This document shows positions 38,516-46,398 of a DNA stretch of 64,000 bases, piece after piece; the first letter of the stretch is position 1; each line of letters opens with the position of its first letter. This DNA comes from an uncultured Clostridia bacterium (GTDB taxonomy: Bacteria > Bacillota > Clostridia > Christensenellales > Borkfalkiaceae), in assembly GCA_934271735.1 (NCBI GenBank), contig CAKQSB010000005.1, positions 86,614 through 150,613 on the forward strand, given 5' to 3'. The notes below the pieces were generated by a model. The model was not told the origin of the DNA and did not search any database. It saw only the letters and a list, made by a program, of their open reading frames with translations. The translations under genes and the position numbers were made by a program.

Positions 38516-40533
38516 CGAATATGAAAAAATTATTTTTAATTCTTACGATAATTTTATCTTCCGTTTTATGTCTTACCTTTACGGGCGGTTCGCAGAAAAC
38601 GCTTGCGGAAAACAGCGGCAACGTTTACGATATATCCGAAGTTTCGTCGATCGCTCCCGGCGGAGAGTTGGAATTTTACGGACAACTTCTCATGGTCGGC
38701 AACAAACAGCTCGAAAATAAGGATTCCGTCAAATTTCTTTACAAAATAGCAAACCTCGAAAAATACGTTCGTTCGGCCTTCGGAATAGGCTGTTACGGAT
38801 TCTATTTCAGTTATGACGTCGGCAAACCGATTTCCGTTAAAAAATGCGATTTTAACGGAAGCAAATGGGGGCGCGCCGAAGAAGTTTTTTCGGAAACCGA
38901 AACGACGTCATTTTCCGATTATATAGAAATGACTCTTAAAATCGAAGAAACCGCCGAAAACAAGATAACTCTTTCCCTTTCTTACGAAATCGGCGGTAAA
39001 CAAAGAAGCGTGTCGGCGGAGTTTGATAAAGCGGAATCCGATATGAAACTTCGTTTCGGTGAAAACGCCGATCAACAGTATTCCGAAGTTTACATAAAAT
39101 CTTTACTGCCCGCCGCCACTTTCGGAGACGGTTCGTTTGAGTATGTAAACTACAACAATAACGCAGGGAAAAACATTTCGGGAAAATGCATGCTCGGAAC
39201 GGTCGGAACTTCCGATGCGGAAAAATTCGGCGTTCCGTCGGGTTATAACGGAAACGTTCTCAAAATCGAAGGACTTACCCCCACCGGTTCGCTCGATATG
39301 TCGTTCGATTTTTCCGCCGCAAACATAAAGAGAGAACGCGTAAAAAGCATTTCTTTCAGAATTTACGTTACGGCTACTTCTTCCGATACGGACAAATATC
39401 CCGTTCTGCGCGTTCCGAATTACGGAAGCACGTCGGCTTTCACGGCATATCCCGTAGGAAACAATACAAACAAATGGTTAAACGTTTCTTTCAACGAAAA
39501 CCAGATCGATAACATCTGCTCCGCCGGAAAGCTCACGAAATTCACGTTATGGTTCAGAACAAACGCCAGAACGATTATTTATATCGATTCGTTTAAGGTC
39601 GATCTTATTCCTCTGGACGAAACGCCGCCCGTTATAAGCGCGCCTATTACCGAATTTAATCTGACCGCCGGAGTTTATCCTCTCGACGATTCGGTTACCG
39701 CTACCGACGATTCGGGAGAGGTGAGTTTACAAAGAATCTGGTCGGACGGAGCCTTGGATAATCGCGGAAGGCTTACGGCGGGAACGCATACCTGCAAAGT
39801 TATAGCGACGGATCCGAGCGGAAATACAAGCGAAGTCACCTTACATTATAACGTTACGACAGAAGCCGATCTCGAAAAATATTCGATTACCTTCCGTTTC
39901 GAGGGAATAGACGAAGTTACCGTCGAATATTACAAAGGCGGGGAAGATTACGTTACTATTCCTTCCGTACCCGAGAGAAAACACTACGATTTCGTCACCG
40001 ACGAGATTGTATTCAACTACACCTCTAATCAGGTCGTGAACGGATATTACGTCGCCACCGTTTATAAGGTAAATTATTATGTTGACGGCGCGCTTTACAC
40101 CTCTGTTTCTTATACCGTAGAAAATATTTACAATTTTGCAGAACCCGACGTTCCCGCAAAAAAAGGCTGTCGCGGACAATGGGAGGACTATCTGCTTAAT
40201 TATGAAAACGTGAACGTAAACGCCGTGTATACGCCTAAAGAAACTTCGTCGGAATCCGAAAAAGAAACCCCTTCGGAAAGCGAAAGCAAATCCGAAAAAG
40301 AAACCCCTTCGGAAAGCGAAAGCAAATCCGAAAACGAAACTGAAAGCAAATCCGGAATTCCGGGAACGGAATCCGCGGGAAACGCGTCGGATAATAACAC
40401 CCCGAGCGCCACGGAAAGCGGAAAAACTGAAAACAAAGGTTGCGGTTCTGCGGCAAACGCAACGCCGATTGCACTGCTTGTCGTTTTGTTCTCGTCTCTT
40501 GCGGCTGTAATGATAAAACGCAAACAAAGCTAA
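38512..40533 (+). CDS. Large secreted protein with a Ser/Glu-rich tandem repeat and a C-terminal hydrophobic helix plus KRKQS tail (no LPXTG).
   Basis: 673 aa. Signal peptide. 2 x perfect 36 bp repeat at 40255-40326 encoding SEKETPSESESK. C-terminal ...ATPIALLVVLFSSLAAVMIKRKQS. Start overlaps the upstream gene stop. Confidence 0.7.
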   Translation: MTNMKKLFLILTIILSSVLCLTFTGGSQKTLAENSGNVYDISEVSSIAPGGELEFYGQLLMVGNKQLENKDSVKFLYKIANLEKYVRSAFGIGCYGFYFSYDVGKPISVKKCDFNGSKWGRAEEVFSETETTSFSDYIEMTLKIEETAENKITLSLSYEIGGKQRSVSAEFDKAESDMKLRFGENADQQYSEVYIKSLLPAATFGDGSFEYVNYNNNAGKNISGKCMLGTVGTSDAEKFGVPSGYNGNVLKIEGLTPTGSLDMSFDFSAANIKRERVKSISFRIYVTATSSDTDKYPVLRVPNYGSTSAFTAYPVGNNTNKWLNVSFNENQIDNICSAGKLTKFTLWFRTNARTIIYIDSFKVDLIPLDETPPVISAPITEFNLTAGVYPLDDSVTATDDSGEVSLQRIWSDGALDNRGRLTAGTHTCKVIATDPSGNTSEVTLHYNVTTEADLEKYSITFRFEGIDEVTVEYYKGGEDYVTIPSVPERKHYDFVTDEIVFNYTSNQVVNGYYVATVYKVNYYVDGALYTSVSYTVENIYNFAEPDVPAKKGCRGQWEDYLLNYENVNVNAVYTPKETSSESEKETPSESESKSEKETPSESESKSENETESKSGIPGTESAGNASDNNTPSATESGKTENKGCGSAANATPIALLVVLFSSLAAVMIKRKQS

Positions 40534-40556
40534 TAGCCGATACACCTCATTAAATG

Positions 40557-40595
40557 TCGGAGCGCGATAAAAACGCTCCGATATTTTTATATTTT
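40557..40595 (+). terminator. Terminator hairpin tcggagcg...cgctccga followed by tatttttatatttt.
   Basis: Read directly. Confidence 0.5.
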
Positions 40596-40810
40596 CGGTT
40601 CACCGCCGCTTATAGCCGCATATTTACCTGTTATTTTAAGTTTTTTTGCTTGCTTTTATATTGTTTTAATGTTAGAATAGAAAAAGACGGACTTCAAACC
40701 GTCTGAACGAATATTACGCGCCGAGATAATTTTGTAGGGGCGTTTCAATCGTTCGCCCGAGAAAAATAAAATCACGACAAAACATTTTTGCTTATACGAG
40801 GTACAATTCA

Positions 40811-42016
40811 ATGAAAAACGTAATGGACGTTCTCGAAGAACGCGGATTTATAAAACAGACCGTTTACGGCGAAGACTTGAGAAAGAAACTCGAAACCGAA
40901 AGCGTTACATTTTACGTCGGCTTCGACCCGACGGCGGACAGTCTCCATATCGGACATTATATTCCCATTATGGCAATGGCTTGGATGCAGAGATACGGTC
41001 ATCGCCCCATCGCGCTTTTCGGCGGCGGCACGGGCATGATCGGCGACCCCTCGGGCAGATCGGATATGCGCCAGATGATGACGAGAGAGACTATCGACCA
41101 CAATATCGAATGCTTTAAAAAGCAAATGTCCCGTTTCATAAATTTCGATGGAGAAAACGGCGCGATAATCGCCAACAACGCGGACTGGCTTTTAGACCTT
41201 AATTATATCGAATTCCTCCGCGATATCGGCGTTTACTTCTCCGTAAACAAAATGCTCACGGCGGAATGTTTCAAACAGCGAATGGAAAAGGGGCTTACCT
41301 TCTTTGAATTTAACTATATGTTAATGCAGGGTTACGACTTTTTGCATCTCAACCAAAAATACGGCTGCTCGCTTGAGGTGGGCGGCGATGATCAGTGGTC
41401 GAATATGCTCGCGGGCGTGGACCTTATCCGCAGAAAGGAACAGAAGGACGCTTACTGCTTAACCTGCACTCTCCTTTTGAACAGCGAAGGCAAAAAAATG
41501 GGCAAAACGCAGAAAGGCGCGCTCTGGCTCGACGAAAACAAATGCTCCGTTTACGATTTCTATCAGTATTTCAGAAACGTTGAAGACTGCAAAGTTGCGG
41601 AGTGTATGCGTCTTTTAACCTTTATGGATATGGACGAAATCGCCGAACTTACCAGATATAACGACGAGAGAATGAACGCGGCTAAGGAAAGACTTGCTTA
41701 CGAAGTTACCAAGCTCGTTCACGGCGAGAAAAAAGCCGAACAGGCAAGAAAGCAGGCTAAGGCGGCATTCGGCGGCAACGCGGAAGATATGCCCTCTTAC
41801 AACGCAAACGGCGCGGATAACATTCTCGACATTATGATCGGCGCGGGCGTTGCCAAATCCAAGGGCGAAGCGAGAAGACTTATCGAGGGCGGCGGCGTTT
41901 CTATAGGCGACGTTAAGCTCACCGTGAACGATCTCGCGATCTCTCCCGAAGTCAAAGCCAAAGGCAACTTTATTCTCCACAAAGGCAAAAAAGTTCACAT
42001 CAACGTTATTTTATAA
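40811..42016 (+). CDS. tyrS: Tyrosine--tRNA ligase.
   Basis: 401 aa. HIGHY (HIGH), [19 protein letters not shown] (KMSKS), C-terminal S4 domain. Confidence 0.95.
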   Translation: MKNVMDVLEERGFIKQTVYGEDLRKKLETESVTFYVGFDPTADSLHIGHYIPIMAMAWMQRYGHRPIALFGGGTGMIGDPSGRSDMRQMMTRETIDHNIECFKKQMSRFINFDGENGAIIANNADWLLDLNYIEFLRDIGVYFSVNKMLTAECFKQRMEKGLTFFEFNYMLMQGYDFLHLNQKYGCSLEVGGDDQWSNMLAGVDLIRRKEQKDAYCLTCTLLLNSEGKKMGKTQKGALWLDENKCSVYDFYQYFRNVEDCKVAECMRLLTFMDMDEIAELTRYNDERMNAAKERLAYEVTKLVHGEKKAEQARKQAKAAFGGNAEDMPSYNANGADNILDIMIGAGVAKSKGEARRLIEGGGVSIGDVKLTVNDLAISPEVKAKGNFILHKGKKVHINVIL

Positions 42017-42028
42017 CATATTTTATTA

Positions 42029-42075
42029 AAAAAAACGTCGTTTGGCAGTACCCTGTCGGACGACGTTTTGTTTTT
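42029..42075 (+). terminator. Rho-independent terminator of tyrS.
   Basis: aaaaaaacgtcg...cgacgttttgttttt. Confidence 0.65.
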
Positions 42076-42120
42076 ACTTTTTTAAGAAATATTTTTATTA
42101 TCAAATTTAATCGATTTTAT

Positions 42121-42480
42121 TTCGACCGATTTCGCCACGACTTAATCCGACAAAATTCTCCACGACTTGATCCGACAATTTTCAACCCGGCTTAATCCGT
42201 CAGATTTCGACTTGTCTTTTTTCGACCGATTTCGACCTGTCTTAATCCGACAAGTTTCGACTTGGCTTGTTTCGACAAATTTCGATTTTGTTTTTTCGAC
42301 CGGATTCGCCCCGATTTATTCCGACAATTTTCGACTTGATTTATTCGACAAAATTCTCCCCGACTTTATCCGACGGCTTTCTCCGCTCACCGATTTCGAC
42401 GACCTTCGTTTTATTATTACACGCGTTCGATTTCGTTTCGACGGTTTTCGACGTTTGTCGACGGTTTTCGACGCAATACT
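42121..42480. repeat. Degenerate tandem array of about 12-14 units with an ~25 bp period, unit TTCGAC(N6-8)CTTAATCCGACAANT.
   Basis: Units start at about 42121, 42146, 42181, 42206, 42231, 42256, 42281 and onward. The 194 aa ORF through it (42167..42751) is low-complexity and not credible. Confidence 0.65.
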
Positions 42481-42740
42481 TTACGCCCTTAGGTGTTTAA
42501 TCTGTTTACTTCACCTTATGATTATGCTAAAATATTTTAGCCGAGTGAAGTTTTATGCGGCTAAGATTTTGGAAACGAATTTCGGTAAAAAAATGTCTGA
42601 AAATACAGGGGGTCGGCAAAAGTTTGCAAGAGAATTTTCGGCATTTTACAACAAACTAACGCTCGCACACCGACAAAGACGTAAAGATAACGCGAGTCGA
42701 AAAGCCGAACAAAAAAAACGAAAATTCACGCAGAAAAATT

Positions 42741-43190
42741 TTAAGTTCTGAAATCGGATCTGCCGAGAAGATAATCGGGCGAAACGCCGAAATAATCCGA
42801 TAAAATTTCCAAAGTGTCGATCATCGGGATAAACTTTTGTTTGAGCCAGTGCAAAATCAGGCTGTCGTCGATACCGCAATCGTGCCCGACCTTGTAAAAC
42901 GAAGTTTTCTTTTCGGCGCACAGTTCGAGAAATCGCTCGTGGAAAGTCGCGGCGGAATCGGTTTTGATAAAATCGTTCTCTTTGGTTTTTCCGAGAAGGT
43001 AATTGATTGACACTTCGAAATAATCGGCGATTTTAACGAGGATTTTCGTTGTCGGTATTATTCCGTATGCGGTTGCCGAAAAGAACGACGAATTGCTTAT
43101 GCCGATTTTCAATCTAAGTTCTGTTTTCGTCAGATACGTTTCATCCGCTAAATAATTTATTCTCTTCTTAAATGCTTCGGAAACAGGCAT
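42741..43190 (-). CDS. XRE-family regulator with two HTH_XRE domains.
   Basis: 149 aa. Two repeats each ending ...INYLLGK / ...PDYLLGRS. Confidence 0.75.
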   Translation of the reverse strand: MPVSEAFKKRINYLADETYLTKTELRLKIGISNSSFFSATAYGIIPTTKILVKIADYFEVSINYLLGKTKENDFIKTDSAATFHERFLELCAEKKTSFYKVGHDCGIDDSLILHWLKQKFIPMIDTLEILSDYFGVSPDYLLGRSDFRT

Positions 43191-43406
43191 ACAACCTCCA
43201 TTATCGACAAAGTGTATAATTCTTAATCTTCACCTATAAATAATATAATTTTGTTTACGGTTTTACTATGAACGATACGTTTAGTTTACCTAACGATAAA
43301 AGGAAATTTTAATGTAAAAACCGTCAAAAAAAAAGCATAAAACAAGAAAAAAACGGAAATGCCCGTTTTCGGATAAACAAAATAAAAAACAAAGGAGGAA
43401 TTCACA

Positions 43407-43748
43407 ATGAACATTGACTACGAAAAACTGGATTTTGTAAGCGAAACAAAGCCTATCTGCGGTTCTTTTTCCGAAAAACGCTATCAAAAAGCGTACGCCG
43501 ACACGCTGAAAAGATTTTTGAAATCGGCTGAAAAATACTACGCGCCCGGCGAATTCGACGAAAGACACGAGACCGAAATTTTCGAAAATCGTTTAAAACA
43601 ACGGTGCGCAACCCTCGCGACTTTTCCGGAAGAAGTTCTTAAAAAGCTTAAGAACTTCAGATTCCTTGTACTCGGATATTGTCACCGCGACGAAAAAACC
43701 GCTTTGGTTTCGTACTGTCTTCAGACGTGGAAAAAACGCCCCGATTGA
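43407..43748 (+). CDS. Small hypothetical protein (113 aa), divergent from the XRE gene.
   Basis: Strong RBS aaaggagga N7 ATG. No recognisable domain. Confidence 0.55.
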   Translation: MNIDYEKLDFVSETKPICGSFSEKRYQKAYADTLKRFLKSAEKYYAPGEFDERHETEIFENRLKQRCATLATFPEEVLKKLKNFRFLVLGYCHRDEKTALVSYCLQTWKKRPD

Positions 43749-43953
43749 ACCGGATTTTGTTTTTTTAGCGATATTAAAGGCAATTTCAACGCGATATCGG
43801 AGCCGCTTGCAAATGAAAAAAATTCCATAAAATGCGAATGAAAATACAAATAAAAATTTTTTCGAAAAAGGGGGCATAAACGCTTGACGGCAAAACCCGA
43901 ACGCCGCCTTTTGCCGTTTCCCTTGGCGCGACCGCGGATTTTCGACTTTTTTC

Positions 43954-44045
43954 GAATCCACACAAACATACGTTTTTGTGGATAACTGTGGATAACTTTC
44001 GGTAAAACAGGTGGGTTATCCACATTGTAGAAAAAGTTATCAACA
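43954..44045. promoter_or_regulatory. DnaA-box cluster with three perfect and two imperfect boxes.
   Basis: TGTGGATAA at 43977-43985 and 43987-43995 (reverse complement TTATCCACA). TTATCCACA at 44016-44024. TTATCAACA at 44037-44045. GAATCCACA at 43954-43962. Confidence 0.6.
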
Positions 44046-44290
44046 GAATTTGCTTGTTTACGGTGTTTTCAAGCCGAAAAAGTCTATGTGAAAATTTGTA
44101 TTAAATTTCGCATTTTTCGGCTTAGCCGAACTCGGGGTTTTTCCGGAAAAGCACGTCAAAAGCATTTACGACAAAAAATATCGGCGACTTAATCCTTAAA
44201 GAACTTAATCCTTAAAGATAAGCCGCCGACTTATATAATTTATGTTTGTTTTATTACGTTTTATATTCGTTACTTAGCGCCGTCGGAAAT

Positions 44291-45172
44291 TTATCTCGCC
44301 TTGCCTTCGAAAAACACGGCTATCGTGCCTTTTCCGCAATGGCAACCCATAACGGGTCCGATTTCCGAAACGACGCACTTTCCTTTAAGCTTCGGGAAGA
44401 CTTTTTCTATCTCCGAAACGACAATCGCGGCGTCCTCTTCAGCGTCCGCGTTCCCGACGATGCAACGCCCGTCGTAATCGTTTCCGTTCAAAGTGTCCTT
44501 AGCCATTTCCGAAACAAGCTCGGCAACCGCTCTTCTCTTTCCGATAAGTTTCTTTTTGACTTCGAGCCTGCCCTCTTTCGTTACGCCGAGCAGCGGCACG
44601 ATTTTGAGTATGTTTCCGATAAAGCCCGCCGCCGCGGAAAGTCTTCCGCCTTTTATAAACGCCGTGAGGTCGGCCGTGAAATAAAGCGCGCGAATGTTTA
44701 AACGTTTGTTTTCGATAATCTCCGTCGTTTCCGCCGCGCTTTTACCCTGATCTCTCAGATCCGCCGCGTCCTCGACGAGCATTCCGTAGCCCATAGACCC
44801 GCAAAGCGAATCGATGACGTAAATCTTTCTTTCTGGATATTTTTCTTCGAGTTCTTTTTTAGCCGAAAGGCAATAATCGTACGAACCCGAAAGCCCGGAC
44901 GACAACGTTATGTGGATAACGTCGATTCCGTCCTTAAGATAAGGCTCGAAAAATTCAACGTATTCGCCGACGTTCACGCTGCTCGTTTTTACGTTCGCGC
45001 CTTTCGAAAATCTGTCGTAAAATTCTTTGTTAGATATGTTTTTGCCGAAATCGTCGATATAATTTTCTTCGTTTATGCGAAATCTGAACGGCAAAACGGC
45101 AATTTCTCTTTCCCTTGCGCGTTCCTCCGTGAAATCGGCTGTAGAACCGCAAGTTACCACAAATTTATTCAT
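44291..45172 (-). CDS. DegV family fatty-acid-binding protein (FakB-like).
   Basis: 293 aa. DegV fold signatures (VTCGSTADF..., DSLCGSMGYG). Confidence 0.9.
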   Translation of the reverse strand: MNKFVVTCGSTADFTEERAREREIAVLPFRFRINEENYIDDFGKNISNKEFYDRFSKGANVKTSSVNVGEYVEFFEPYLKDGIDVIHITLSSGLSGSYDYCLSAKKELEEKYPERKIYVIDSLCGSMGYGMLVEDAADLRDQGKSAAETTEIIENKRLNIRALYFTADLTAFIKGGRLSAAAGFIGNILKIVPLLGVTKEGRLEVKKKLIGKRRAVAELVSEMAKDTLNGNDYDGRCIVGNADAEEDAAIVVSEIEKVFPKLKGKCVVSEIGPVMGCHCGKGTIAVFFEGKAR

Positions 45173-45194
45173 CAGTAAGTCCTTTTTATTATTT

Positions 45195-46091
45195 TTAGTT
45201 TTTCACTTCGTTTCTCGGCGTTCCGAGGAAGAATACCGCGACCGTACCCCTTCCCGTGTGACAGCCTATCGTCGCGCCGATATCGAAAATTTTGCACTTT
45301 CCTTTAAGTTTCGGGAAAGCTTTTTCGACTTCCTTAGCGGTGTAATTCGCGTCCTCTATGCACTCGGAATTGCACAAATAGCAAGGTCCGTCGTAGTTTT
45401 CGCCGTCGTCAGCGTTTTTAAGCATTTCGGAAATAAGTTCGGCAACCGCTCTTCTCTTGCCGATGAGCTTCTTTTTTATAACGAGTTTACCCTCGGGGCT
45501 GACGTGAAGAAGGGGGCAGATTTTCAGAAGCGAACCCAAAATTCCCGCCGCCGCGGAAACTCTTCCGCCGCGAACGTACGCGGACAAATCCATAGAATAG
45601 AACAAGTGATGGATTTTATACTTCACCTTTTCGAGATACTCCGCAAGTTCCGCCGCGGTTTTGCCCTCGTCGCGATAATCCGCCGCGAGATCCATAAGCA
45701 TACCGTAACCCGACGACGCGCAAAGCGAATCGACGACGTAAACCTTTCTTCCGGGGAATTTTTCCTCGAGATTCTTTTTGGCGATAAGGCAGGATTCATA
45801 CGAACCCGAAATACCCGAAGATAACGTTACATGAACGACGTCAAGTCCTTTTTCAAGAAAGGGCGTGAAAGCTTCTTCGTATTCGCCCGCGGTGGTCTGG
45901 CTCGTTTTCGCGGGTACACCCTTAGCCATTTCGGCATATAAAGTTTTGTAAGCTAAGCTTTTTCCGAAATCGTCGTCGTAATCCTTTTCGCCCAGTCTGA
46001 AATGGAAGGGCAACACTTCAATGTTTCTTTCTTTAAGATGACTTTCGTTGAGATCTACGGTCGAACCGCAACCTAAAATATAATCCGACAT
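45195..46091 (-). CDS. DegV family protein, a tandem paralog.
   Basis: 298 aa. ILGCGSTVDL..., DSLCASSGYG. Paralogous to the downstream gene. Confidence 0.9.
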   Translation of the reverse strand: MSDYILGCGSTVDLNESHLKERNIEVLPFHFRLGEKDYDDDFGKSLAYKTLYAEMAKGVPAKTSQTTAGEYEEAFTPFLEKGLDVVHVTLSSGISGSYESCLIAKKNLEEKFPGRKVYVVDSLCASSGYGMLMDLAADYRDEGKTAAELAEYLEKVKYKIHHLFYSMDLSAYVRGGRVSAAAGILGSLLKICPLLHVSPEGKLVIKKKLIGKRRAVAELISEMLKNADDGENYDGPCYLCNSECIEDANYTAKEVEKAFPKLKGKCKIFDIGATIGCHTGRGTVAVFFLGTPRNEVKN

Positions 46092-46398
46092 TTTTCTCTC
46101 CTTTTCCTTTTATATTTGAAATCTTATTTTTTCGGATATGTTTCGATTATGTTTAAACAGAGCTTTTCCGCAGCCGAGCCGCGGCGGCTTTATCCATAAA
46201 TATATTACCACCGATTGAGGATAAAGTATGTCTATTGTTGCCGTTTTTCGCTATACGATATGTTTTTAGGCGGTAGAAAGCCGATTTTACTACTCTACCC
46301 GCAGTAGAATAACCCGATTTTAAAGAAAAACAAGCATAAAAACTACTAAAACCGTTAAAAAGGTTGCGGTTTTCGGCGGTAAATGATAAAATAAAATT

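Noticed and set aside
40560-40810. T-box leader upstream of tyrS. Likewise upstream of aspS and trpS.
   Set aside because: No recognisable T-box sequence (AATTAGGGTGGTACCGCG-like) or antiterminator/terminator pair is visible. The aspS and trpS upstream spacers are too short (150 bp and 45 bp).
42121-42480. Possible CRISPR array.
   Set aside because: Units are degenerate with no conserved repeat and unique-spacer structure, and there are no cas genes. A CRISPR would show conserved repeats 28-37 bp long with variable spacers.
42167-42751. 194 aa ORF running through the 25 bp tandem array.
   Set aside because: The translation is low-complexity and dictated by the repeat. It has no RBS and reads as a noncoding array.
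43954-44045. Canonical oriC.
   Set aside because: No dnaA, dnaN or rpmH context, and the boxes lie between convergent genes. Retained only as a DnaA-box cluster finding.
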